Source: a bacterium (lineage in GTDB: Bacteria; Patescibacteriota; Saccharimonadia; CAILAD01; BJGX01). From it: DNA of 64,000 bases. Both the position numbers and the translations under genes were made by a program. Under the pieces are notes generated by a model. That model ran no database searches. It saw only the letters and a program-made list of their open reading frames with translations, and was not told where the DNA came from. This document shows, in pieces, positions 1 through 7,836 of the stretch; within the stretch, counting starts at the first letter, position 1, and each line of letters opens with the position of its first letter. Location of the stretch: the NCBI GenBank assembly GCA_029778565.1, contig JAKOQC010000510.1, positions 18,838 to 82,837 of the forward strand, given 5' to 3'.

Positions 1-78
1 CTCTTTAACGGTAGCAGTAAAGAGTTTGTGGGTAATCCAGATGATATTTTCGAATTAAAAGCCGTTCTTATTGAATAA
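1..78 (+). CDS. 3' end of unidentified protein (partial, low-GC codon usage), ends at TAA 76-78
   Basis: Open frame ...LFNGSSKEFVGNPDDIFELKAVLIE* runs from the window start. A hairpin terminator follows it. Confidence 0.3.
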   Translation, partial: LFNGSSKEFVGNPDDIFELKAVLIE

Positions 79-114
79 GGGCTCTGCAAAACCTGCAGGG
101 CCCTTTCACTATTT
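79..114 (+). terminator. Rho-independent terminator (GGGCTCTGCA-aaacc-TGCAGGGCCC, then a T-rich tail)
   Basis: Inverted repeat of about 10 bp with one mismatch, followed by tttcactattt. It lies directly after the TAA of the upstream partial CDS. Confidence 0.5.
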
Positions 115-116
115 AG

Positions 117-148
117 TTGACATAACGGTATTTATATGATAGTATAAT
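117..148 (+). promoter_or_regulatory. sigma70-like promoter TTGACA-17nt-TAGTAT (alternative -10 TATAAT at 143-148) for the 189-797 gene
   Basis: A perfect -35 hexamer TTGACA with an AT-rich -10 region lies about 40 nt upstream of an AGGAGG RBS at 175-180. Confidence 0.4.
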
Positions 149-188
149 CGAGTCCGTAGTCACCCGACTGATATCAGGAGGAAGAACC

Positions 189-797
189 TTGCCAGTAGCA
201 CCCGTAATGCTTCAATTCTGGTTTCGCCAAGGACGCCAGATCCCGCCCTACCTGCGTGGCCTCGAGCCGCGCGAAGATCATCTTGGATTCGATCTTTCGG
301 CTGCGCCGGGTGATAGTTTGATTGAAAAGACACATGGTGAAGCAATTGATCTTTCTAGTCTGCACGAAGAACTGCTGGCTGGTGGTCTCTTGCTGACTCA
401 TGCGAGCCGAGTTGATCGCATCTTCAGCGCAGATGAGTCTCTCGACGAGCGCTTCTATTATGTATTTCGTTTTCACTACTTCCCCGCACAGACTGCTGTC
501 CCTCGCGAAGGTGTCGACATCGAGCAGCTTGTGTTGAGTCTCGAAGAGATCAACAAGATGGCATTCTGGGGTGTACGTGCCGATCTCAACAACGGCAGGT
601 ATGGCCCTTGGATCTCGGTGAGCTGCAAGGGGCGTGTTCAGCGCTACACTGCAGAAGACCTGTCACGTCCAGAGATGCGCAACATCTACGATGCACGTGG
701 TGACAAGATCGGTTCAGCCCCTCTGGCTGCCAATCGTGCACTACATTATCTGGGTAACAATCACCTCTCTCTTAGCCAACCAGTAACGGTTAGCTAG
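189..797 (+). CDS. Hypothetical protein, 202 aa, strongly elevated GC (about 57%) relative to flanks; TTG start with AGGAGG RBS
   Basis: Long ORF with an RBS AGGAGG 7 nt upstream of TTG. No recognised family. Two H-x-S-x tetrads (LTHASR and NHLSLS) give a weak hint of a 2H-phosphoesterase-like fold. A terminator hairpin lies downstream. Confidence 0.6.
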   Translation: MPVAPVMLQFWFRQGRQIPPYLRGLEPREDHLGFDLSAAPGDSLIEKTHGEAIDLSSLHEELLAGGLLLTHASRVDRIFSADESLDERFYYVFRFHYFPAQTAVPREGVDIEQLVLSLEEINKMAFWGVRADLNNGRYGPWISVSCKGRVQRYTAEDLSRPEMRNIYDARGDKIGSAPLAANRALHYLGNNHLSLSQPVTVS

Positions 798-815
798 AAG
801 AATATCTTTTTTTAA

Positions 816-857
816 GGCTGCAACAGCAATGTTGCAGCCTCTTTTATTATCTTTCGC
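816..857 (+). terminator. Perfect 24-nt palindromic hairpin GGCTGCAACAGC/AATGTTGCAGCC followed by TCTTTTATTATCTTT
   Basis: Perfect inverted repeat plus a T-tract immediately after the stop of 189-797. It also lies just 3' of the convergent small ORF 847-1068. Confidence 0.7.
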
Positions 858-1068
858 AGGCCAAAATATCGTAACTTGGGTTACGACCAATTGTCTCTTC
901 GAGACTGGTTTTTGGAAATACAGTCTGCTCTGGAAGGTTCTTTCTTACACATAACGTATGATGGGTAATAGAAAAAATAATGACAATTGCAAAAATAATA
1001 ATAAAAACAAACAAGAACATTAATACGTTACCCGTAAATTCTGTCTCGCGATCATCTTGATGTGCCAT
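847..1068 (-). CDS. Small membrane protein (about 73 aa from ATG at 1068; the ORF track starts at TTG 1086), translationally coupled to polA by a TAATG overlap
   Basis: The ATG overlaps the polA TAA stop by 1 nt. One strong TM helix (VLMFLFVFIIIFAIVIIFSI). A terminator hairpin sits at its 3' end. AT-rich DNA can give such ORFs spuriously. Confidence 0.35.
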   Translation of the reverse strand: MAHQDDRETEFTGNVLMFLFVFIIIFAIVIIFSITHHTLCVRKNLPEQTVFPKTSLEETIGRNPSYDILACER

Positions 1069-3821
1069 TACTCTAAATCTCCCCAACTTTTACCTGTTTT
1101 AATACCGACCTCTATTGGTACGGCAAATGTATGAACTTTTGTCATCTCTGTCTCCATTATTTTAGCTACTTCTTTAATGTCTGTCTCTTTGCATTCTACT
1201 ATTAATTCGTCGTGAATTTGCAAGATTAAATTGGCCTCTGCGGGCAGTTTTTTATGAATACTAATCATCGCTAATTTCATCATATCGGCGGCTGTACCCT
1301 GGAGCGGCATATTTACCGCAGCTCTTTCGGCTGCCGAGCGAATAATAAAGTTGCTCGACCTAACATCGGGGCACGGACGGCGTCTGCCAAATAATGTTTC
1401 GGTATAGCCAACATCGTGTGCCATCTTCTTAATCTTGGCAATATAGTCGGCCACTGCTTTGCGAGTCTGGAAGTAGCGCTCGATAAATTCTTTGGCCTGT
1501 GCATAGTCAAAACCTGTAGCTACTGAGAGTCCGTGGGTGTTCATACCATATAACACACCAAAGTTTATCGCTTTGGCGGCATAGCGCTGCTCGGGCTTTA
1601 CTTCACTCGGTTTAATATTGAACATTTCGGCAGCAGTCTGGGTATGAATATCAGCACCATCAACAAATGCCTTTATCATTGGCTTATCCCCTGCCAAATC
1701 GGCCGCCAAACGTAGTTCTATCTGGCTATAATCGGCACTTACAAACATTCTACCCTCACCTGCTACAAAGGCCTTGCGAATTTGTTTACCTACCTCAGTG
1801 CGAACAGGAATATTTTGTAAATTAGGATTGGTACTACTTAGTCGACCAGTCTGTGCAATTGTCTGATTATAACTAGTGTGAATTTTGCCATCTTCTGCCA
1901 CGAGCTGTGGCAGAGCATCTACATAGGTACTTACCAGCTTGGTAAGTTCGCGATATTCAAATAGCTCATCTATTATTGGGTGGCGTCCACGCATTTTCTC
2001 TAGCTCAGAAGCTGCGGTACTGATACCGGTTTTGGTTTTCTTTAATCCTGTAGAATCTATCTTAAGTTGCTCAAACAAAATAGTTTGTAGTTGAGCCGGT
2101 GAGCTAACATTAAATTCTTTACCGGCGTGCTTCCAGATAGATTTACGCAGATTTTCAATCTTTGTAGCAAATTCTTTCGACAACTTTGCCAAAAACTGTT
2201 TATCGAGCGTAACTCCGGTAAGTTCCATATCACCCAGCACTTCAATTAATGGCCACTCAAGCATAGCTGCCATATCGGTGAGTTTTTTATTGCCAGTTGG
2301 TTCTGTTTTTAACTCCACCACTTGCTTTTGATACAATCGCCAGGCAATATCGGCATCCTCAGCCGCGTATTTGGTAGCTTCTTCTATAGGCACAACATTA
2401 AATGTTTCTTGATTCTTACCCTTTTTACCTATCAATTCTTCAATATCTATCATAGATATACCAAGTTCGCTATATGCTAGCTCCGATAATGTCTGCGCCC
2501 GACCGATTGGACTAATTAAGAATGCTGCTACCATGGTGTCGAAAACAATTGGGCCAAGCTGAATATCATTTTTTCGAAAAATCTCATAATCATACTTAAT
2601 GTTATGGCCAAGTTTGCCTATCTTACTACCCTCTAAAATAGGTTTGAGTGCGGCAAGTACAACTTGTTTAGGCAACTGCTTGCCCGTGTCGTGGCCTACA
2701 GGAATATAATATGCTTCACCTTCTTTATATGAGAGCGAGATACCTACTAATTCAGCCTGCATAATATCTACGCTAGTTGTTTCGGTATCAACCGATATAA
2801 CTGTCTTCTTGTTTAATTCAGCGATTAGCTTTTGCAAATCGGCGTCGGTATTTACACAATGATATTTCGCCTTTTTAAGATGCTCTCGATTAAACTGCTC
2901 GGCCTGCGTAGCTGTTTCTTCTTCGAATAAGTTGGCTTGCGGGGCATCAGCTACTGTCTGTCCAGGTAATTTAGAGAGTAAACTCTTAAATTCTAGTTGA
3001 TGAAACAGATCGTACACTTTTTTTCTATCATATTCGTGCAAGGCAGCATCACGCAGATCAAAGCTAAATTGCACATCTCGTTTAATGCGAGAAAGCTGTA
3101 AAGAAAGATAAGCACTGTCTTTACCAGCCTCAAGTTTTTTAGCCAGAGCTGGCTTAATATCTTCGAGATGCTGGTACATGTTATCGAGCGTTTTGTACTC
3201 TGCAACTAATTCTGTCGCTCCTTTGTCGCCAATACCAGCAACACCGGGAATATTATCACTACTATCCCCTTTTAGAGCCTTATAAACCACAAATTCTTCT
3301 GGAGTTACCCCATATTTTTCTTCCACTTCTTTTGGGGTATACAAAAACGTATCAGTAAAGCCTTTGCGCATAGTATAAATACCCACATGATCACTCACTA
3401 GTTGAAGTTCGTCCATATCACCAGTCACCACCACGACCTCGTGATTTTTTTCGTACTGGGCTGTTAATGTGCCAATAATATCATCGGCCTCATAGCCTGG
3501 CGCCTCTATAAGTGGAATATTAAATGCTTCTACCACATCTTTTGTAATAGGTAACTGGGCGTAGAGCTCGTCTGGTGCCTTTTTGCGGGTGGCTTTGTAG
3601 TCTTTGTAGTCATCGTGCCGAAACGTCTTACCAGGCGCATCCCAGGCCACTACAGCATAGTCTGGTTTTAGCTCACGCAGTGCCAAGAGCATCATCATGG
3701 TAAAGCCATACACGGCATTGGTAGGGGTTCCATCTTTGGTAGTTAGATATGGAATAGCATGAAATCCACGATGCACCAAGGCATGGCCATCAAAAATTAC
3801 GATTTTTTTGCGTGCACTCAT
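1068..3821 (-). CDS. polA: DNA polymerase I (5'-3' exonuclease, 3'-5' exo-like and family A polymerase domains)
   Basis: 917 aa. Pol motifs DYSQIELR (A), RxxAKAINFGVLYG (B) and HDELIVE (C). An N-terminal FEN-like domain. Confidence 0.95.
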   Translation of the reverse strand: MSARKKIVIFDGHALVHRGFHAIPYLTTKDGTPTNAVYGFTMMMLLALRELKPDYAVVAWDAPGKTFRHDDYKDYKATRKKAPDELYAQLPITKDVVEAFNIPLIEAPGYEADDIIGTLTAQYEKNHEVVVVTGDMDELQLVSDHVGIYTMRKGFTDTFLYTPKEVEEKYGVTPEEFVVYKALKGDSSDNIPGVAGIGDKGATELVAEYKTLDNMYQHLEDIKPALAKKLEAGKDSAYLSLQLSRIKRDVQFSFDLRDAALHEYDRKKVYDLFHQLEFKSLLSKLPGQTVADAPQANLFEEETATQAEQFNREHLKKAKYHCVNTDADLQKLIAELNKKTVISVDTETTSVDIMQAELVGISLSYKEGEAYYIPVGHDTGKQLPKQVVLAALKPILEGSKIGKLGHNIKYDYEIFRKNDIQLGPIVFDTMVAAFLISPIGRAQTLSELAYSELGISMIDIEELIGKKGKNQETFNVVPIEEATKYAAEDADIAWRLYQKQVVELKTEPTGNKKLTDMAAMLEWPLIEVLGDMELTGVTLDKQFLAKLSKEFATKIENLRKSIWKHAGKEFNVSSPAQLQTILFEQLKIDSTGLKKTKTGISTAASELEKMRGRHPIIDELFEYRELTKLVSTYVDALPQLVAEDGKIHTSYNQTIAQTGRLSSTNPNLQNIPVRTEVGKQIRKAFVAGEGRMFVSADYSQIELRLAADLAGDKPMIKAFVDGADIHTQTAAEMFNIKPSEVKPEQRYAAKAINFGVLYGMNTHGLSVATGFDYAQAKEFIERYFQTRKAVADYIAKIKKMAHDVGYTETLFGRRRPCPDVRSSNFIIRSAAERAAVNMPLQGTAADMMKLAMISIHKKLPAEANLILQIHDELIVECKETDIKEVAKIMETEMTKVHTFAVPIEVGIKTGKSWGDLE

Positions 3822-3837
3822 AGTGCTAATTATCTCA

Positions 3838-4590
3838 TTAAGTAGTGAGTGAGGCTAGCTTAATCATATTAAATAACTCTCTCTGGGCTTGAGCAATTTG
3901 TGGACTATGAATAATAGTGCCAATAACTTCTTCGCCAAAACTCAGATACGCCACTTTATCACCATAGATATTTATCTCTACTGGCATGTTAAACAGCTTT
4001 GGGTCGTAAAATGTACGGGTTAGGAGCATTTTTTTATCTACATCTTTGCGATGGTTGGCCTCTGGTGTATCTGGTGTAAGAGCCTCTACTTTTAATTTAC
4101 GTTTTACTCGTGTCTTCACAAAATTATCCAAAAATTTCTCGCCCATATAGTCGTGCTGATTTGGTGTCATAATGAGATGAAAGTCTTTTTTTGTATCTAG
4201 AATGTCTTGGTAAACTCTTTCGAGTGCTTCTCTGCCATGAAAATATAATATCTCCGGTTGTTCTGTAGTCTGGTAGTACTGTTTTACCAAAGCAGGCATT
4301 ATTGAATTTAATTTGTACTCATTATTTAAAATAATATTTCTTCGTCGCTCGACAAAGGCTTCTAGATTGACCGGGTGGGTTGCTTCATAGCGAGCAGTTT
4401 TTAGCCGAGTATCTTTTTTTACCAATCCAACAGCTTCAAGTTTTTGGAGTATAGAATAGGTATTAGTGCGTGTTTCACCGATTGCTTCGGCAAGTTTGGA
4501 GGGGCTAAGCATACCTAGTTGAAGTAATTTTGTATATGCCTTGGTTTGGCCCTCATTAAGACCAATACCATTAAGTATTTCTGTATCCAT
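3838..4590 (-). CDS. TrmB-family winged-helix transcriptional regulator
   Basis: N-terminal HTH (TKAYTKLLQLGMLSPSKLAEAIGETRTNTYSILQKLEAVGLVKK) followed by a TrmB-like C-terminal domain. 250 aa. Confidence 0.55.
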   Translation of the reverse strand: MDTEILNGIGLNEGQTKAYTKLLQLGMLSPSKLAEAIGETRTNTYSILQKLEAVGLVKKDTRLKTARYEATHPVNLEAFVERRRNIILNNEYKLNSIMPALVKQYYQTTEQPEILYFHGREALERVYQDILDTKKDFHLIMTPNQHDYMGEKFLDNFVKTRVKRKLKVEALTPDTPEANHRKDVDKKMLLTRTFYDPKLFNMPVEINIYGDKVAYLSFGEEVIGTIIHSPQIAQAQRELFNMIKLASLTT

Positions 4591-4926
4591 ATTCTCAACA
4601 TTACTCCAGTTATATTTTTTGTCAATTATATTTTGACAATTATTGTATTTACTATCAGATATATTTACACTTTTGTTAATTAATTATTGATATTTTTTAC
4701 TATTGATAATATATTTACTTGCATACTATTTACACGAGAAAATAATTGACATAATAGCTATAGTATGATACTATTAATATCCTTAATTGAGTTTTGATTC
4801 CCGACACCAGAAAATAATCAATTGTTTTGATGTCGGTAACCAAACCGAGCGCCACACACTGTCGCGCTGGCAACAAGCCAAAAGTACAGTCTAGAACCTT
4901 TACATGCCATCTCTGAGGAGGTGAAA

Positions 4927-5238
4927 ATGGAACTCTTTGATTTCTTGGTAATCTTTTTGATTGTCTGTGCTGCTGCGGCAGTAATTGTCTATGCATTAAC
5001 ATCGAGCAACAGTAAAAGAGAACGAGCGATTGCCAGAAGTCCGGCTGGAGCCGGTGTTGAACCTGGTGACAGTATGGCTGAGATTCAGACTAAGAACTAT
5101 AATTACCATTGTGTAATAGAAGCTGCCCGAATTTTTGGCGATATCCGTCATCAAGACCAAATGATCCCCATCTTAACTGAACAACAAAGAAAAGATGTAG
5201 ATAATTTTTTGGCTGATTTCTACGGAAGAAACCAGTAG
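4927..5238 (+). CDS. Small membrane protein (about 103 aa), GAGGAGG RBS 5 nt upstream of ATG
   Basis: Strong SD GAGGAGG at 4915-4921. N-terminal TM helix. The ORF track starts 6 nt earlier at GTG. Confidence 0.5.
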   Translation: MELFDFLVIFLIVCAAAAVIVYALTSSNSKRERAIARSPAGAGVEPGDSMAEIQTKNYNYHCVIEAARIFGDIRHQDQMIPILTEQQRKDVDNFLADFYGRNQ

Positions 5239-5286
5239 ATCAGGTACAACAAGCTACACCCCACCCACCAACCCGAAGGGAAAAAC

Positions 5287-6291
5287 ATGGGAAACTCCTA
5301 CAGAGACAGTAGTTATGGAATGAGTAAGGGCAAGATTGCCACGATCTGCATCGCGGTTGTCGTGCTCATCGTGGCCATCGCATCACTTCTGATGATCACG
5401 TGGGTTTCAGTGCCACCCGACAAGATCGCGCTGCACTACACCGGTGGCCCCATTCAGGGTACCCACTTCGTAGAGGTAGTTCAGCCCGGTACCGGTACCA
5501 AGGCCTACGGCCTGCTCGAGAACATGTACATGCTTCCGAGTACCCAACGCACCTACATCATCAGCAAGGACCCTAACGAGGGTGACAAGAAGGGCGTCGA
5601 TTTCATCGCTGCACCTTCGAGCGACAACGTACCGTTCACCTTCGAGGTTGCGGTCTACTTCAAACTCAACACCAAGCCAGAGACCCTACGCCAGTTCTTC
5701 GAGCAGGTCTGTCTGCACGATGACTGCTGGGATCTTGACCCCGGCAAGGGCTGGGATCAGATGTTGGCCCAGTACTTCAAGCCCGCTATCGACAACGCTC
5801 TGCGTCTCGAAGCCGGCAAGTACGACCGTGAGCATCTGTATCACGACCCAAACACATTAGTAGCTATCCAGAACGCCGTTGGCTCGAGCCTGAAAGACCG
5901 CATCAACAACGCGGTCGGCGGAGAGTACTTCTGCGGACCGGACTCCAACGACAATACCTGTACCAACTTTGGCGTTGTAGTAAAGAACCCCACTCCTCCC
6001 GAAAACGTCGTGCAGGAGTATGGCAACACAGCTGCTGCCCAACAGCACGTCAACACCGAGCAAAGCAACGCCGACGCCAAGGTCAAGGCGGCCACGGGTG
6101 ATGCGGACGCGCAGAATGCACGAGCCAATGCCAAGCCGCTCACGCAAGAGCAGCTCGACTACATCCGCGCCCAGGCCATGCAGGCTTGCGCCACCAATAA
6201 CAACTGTACCCTAGTAATCACCGATGGTGGTACCAACGTAAACGTCAATACGGGCAAGAACCCTACGACAACGGCGGCACCACAAAAGTAA
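5287..6291 (+). CDS. SPFH/band-7-like membrane protein with Q/A-rich coiled-coil tail; high GC (about 58%)
   Basis: N-terminal TM helix, then an SPFH-like core (...APSSDNVPFTFEVAVYFKLN...). The C-terminal part is AQ-rich (AAAQQHVNTEQSNADAKVKAATGDADAQNARANAK). GC is much higher than the neighbours. Confidence 0.45.
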   Translation: MGNSYRDSSYGMSKGKIATICIAVVVLIVAIASLLMITWVSVPPDKIALHYTGGPIQGTHFVEVVQPGTGTKAYGLLENMYMLPSTQRTYIISKDPNEGDKKGVDFIAAPSSDNVPFTFEVAVYFKLNTKPETLRQFFEQVCLHDDCWDLDPGKGWDQMLAQYFKPAIDNALRLEAGKYDREHLYHDPNTLVAIQNAVGSSLKDRINNAVGGEYFCGPDSNDNTCTNFGVVVKNPTPPENVVQEYGNTAAAQQHVNTEQSNADAKVKAATGDADAQNARANAKPLTQEQLDYIRAQAMQACATNNNCTLVITDGGTNVNVNTGKNPTTTAAPQK

Positions 6292-6375
6292 CCATCACAT
6301 ACCGGCACTAGTTTGTCCCGACATTTCGTCGGAACATCCATAGGCCGGTTTTTTTATATACGCTATAATTAATAC

Positions 6376-6648
6376 ATGAATGAAATTCGTCACGACTTAG
6401 GCTACCGCGATGAGTTGCCATCAGAAGAAAGCCAGCGAGCTATGCGACGGATATTAGCCGGTGAACCGCCAAATGATCCTGAACAGGACTGGAAGTTAGA
6501 CGAAGAAACCAAAGAAATAGGTCGCAAAGGTGTTGCCGATACTCGTGCTATCTTAGAAGCCAAACGCAAACAAAGTCTTGGCGAAGCACTAACACCGCAA
6601 GAGGAAGAAATATTAGCCAATCTGTATCGGCAAGAAGCCGAACAATAA
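6376..6648 (+). CDS. Hypothetical acidic protein (90 aa)
   Basis: ORF preceded by TATAAT. A strong bidirectional terminator follows. Confidence 0.45.
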   Translation: MNEIRHDLGYRDELPSEESQRAMRRILAGEPPNDPEQDWKLDEETKEIGRKGVADTRAILEAKRKQSLGEALTPQEEEILANLYRQEAEQ

Positions 6649-6683
6649 AAAAATACCCGCCATATTAGCGGGTATTTTTTTAT
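6646..6683. terminator. Bidirectional rho-independent terminator (ATACCCGC-catattag-GCGGGTAT flanked by A7 and T8)
   Basis: Perfect 8-bp stem with an A-tract on one side and a T-tract on the other. It sits between the convergent genes 6376-6648 (+) and rpoD (-). Confidence 0.75.
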
Positions 6684-6695
6684 ATAGACAGGAAA

Positions 6696-7814
6696 TTATT
6701 GAATATAATCTTTGAGTTTTTTACTGTCTTTATGTTTGCGTAGTTTGGTAAGAGCCTTAGCCTCAATCTGGCGAATACGTTCGCGGGTAACACCAAACTC
6801 TTGACCAACTTCTTCGAGAGTATGACTACGGCCATCTTCTAGCCCAAAGCGCATACGCAAGATTTTTTGCTCACGCGGGGTTAGCAGATCGAGTGTTTCG
6901 TCAATATGCTCTTTAAGTAGCTCAAACGTAGCAGCTTCTTCTGGGCTTACCCCTTCTTGGTCTTCAATAAAGTCTCTTAGACTACTATCGTCATCTTCAC
7001 CAACTGTAGCATCGAGACTCGTGGTGTCTTGGCTAATCTTCATAATATGATTCACCTTCTCAACATCAATCTCCATCTCTTTGGCTACTTCTTCGGGTAA
7101 TGGCTCACGACCGAGTTCGGTCGTAAGACGTCGCTGGGTGCGAATAAGTTTGTTGATCGTTTCTACCATGTGTACGGGGATTCGTATAACACGGGCTTGG
7201 TCGGCAATAGCGCGAGTAATGGCTTGGCGAATCCACCAAGTGGCATAAGTACTAAATTTAAAACCCTTAGTGTAATCAAACTTTTCTACTGCACGTAAAA
7301 GTCCGGTGTTACCTTCTTGAATTAGGTCGAGAAGATCGAGCCCACGACCAATGTATTTCTTGGCAATACTAACTACCAAGCGCATATTCGCTTCGGCCAG
7401 GGCATCCTTAGCAGCTTTATCACCTTTCTCAATTCGCTTGGCAAGTGCTACTTCTTCTTCACCAGATATAAGTGGGATTTTCCCTATTTCTCTCAAATAA
7501 AGTCGTACTGAGTCATCGGCAATGTCTTTAATATACTCATCACTGGTAGCTTTTTCGACATCTTCTTCGGTCTCGGTTTGCCAGATCATTTTTTCTTTTT
7601 GATCAACTACTTCAATACCCTGATCGATAAGAGTTGAATAAAGATCATCAAGGCCATCGACATTGTTTTCGGCATCAGGAATTGTCGACATAATTTCTTG
7701 TTGGGTAACAAATCCTTTGGTGCGACCTTTTTTTACGAGCTTGTCGATAGCTTCTTCATTTTGCATTTCTTCGTCGGTAAGTTCACTTGGAATAGGGGCA
7801 GATTTTTTTGGCAT
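6696..7814 (-). CDS. rpoD: RNA polymerase primary sigma factor (sigma70 regions 1.2-4)
   Basis: 372 aa. Region 2-4 motifs ([18 protein letters not shown]; C-terminal [28 protein letters not shown]). Immediately downstream of dnaG in an MMS-operon arrangement. Confidence 0.9.
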   Translation of the reverse strand: MPKKSAPIPSELTDEEMQNEEAIDKLVKKGRTKGFVTQQEIMSTIPDAENNVDGLDDLYSTLIDQGIEVVDQKEKMIWQTETEEDVEKATSDEYIKDIADDSVRLYLREIGKIPLISGEEEVALAKRIEKGDKAAKDALAEANMRLVVSIAKKYIGRGLDLLDLIQEGNTGLLRAVEKFDYTKGFKFSTYATWWIRQAITRAIADQARVIRIPVHMVETINKLIRTQRRLTTELGREPLPEEVAKEMEIDVEKVNHIMKISQDTTSLDATVGEDDDSSLRDFIEDQEGVSPEEAATFELLKEHIDETLDLLTPREQKILRMRFGLEDGRSHTLEEVGQEFGVTRERIRQIEAKALTKLRKHKDSKKLKDYIQ

Positions 7815-7836
7815 AAATCTCCAATATAATTAATTG

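Noticed and set aside
160-476. Minus-strand ORFs 160-345 and 174-476 overlapping the 189-797 gene
   Set aside because: They are antisense to a longer ORF that has an RBS, a promoter and a terminator. High GC generates open antisense frames.
1313-3205. Short minus or alternative-frame ORFs inside polA (1313-1510, 2057-2245, 2993-3205)
   Set aside because: They are embedded in a well-supported 917-aa polA reading frame and have no signals of their own.
4780-4830. Possible tRNA 3' end (GAGTTTTGATTCCCGACACCA)
   Set aside because: No complementary T-stem or acceptor stem could be built, and there is no upstream D or anticodon arm. It is probably an operator-like inverted repeat instead.
5582-6341. 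Five overlapping ORFs in other frames of the 5287-6291 region
   Set aside because: They are GC-driven open frames over a single coherent SPFH-like gene. Their amino-acid composition is Arg/Ser/Pro-rich and non-protein-like.
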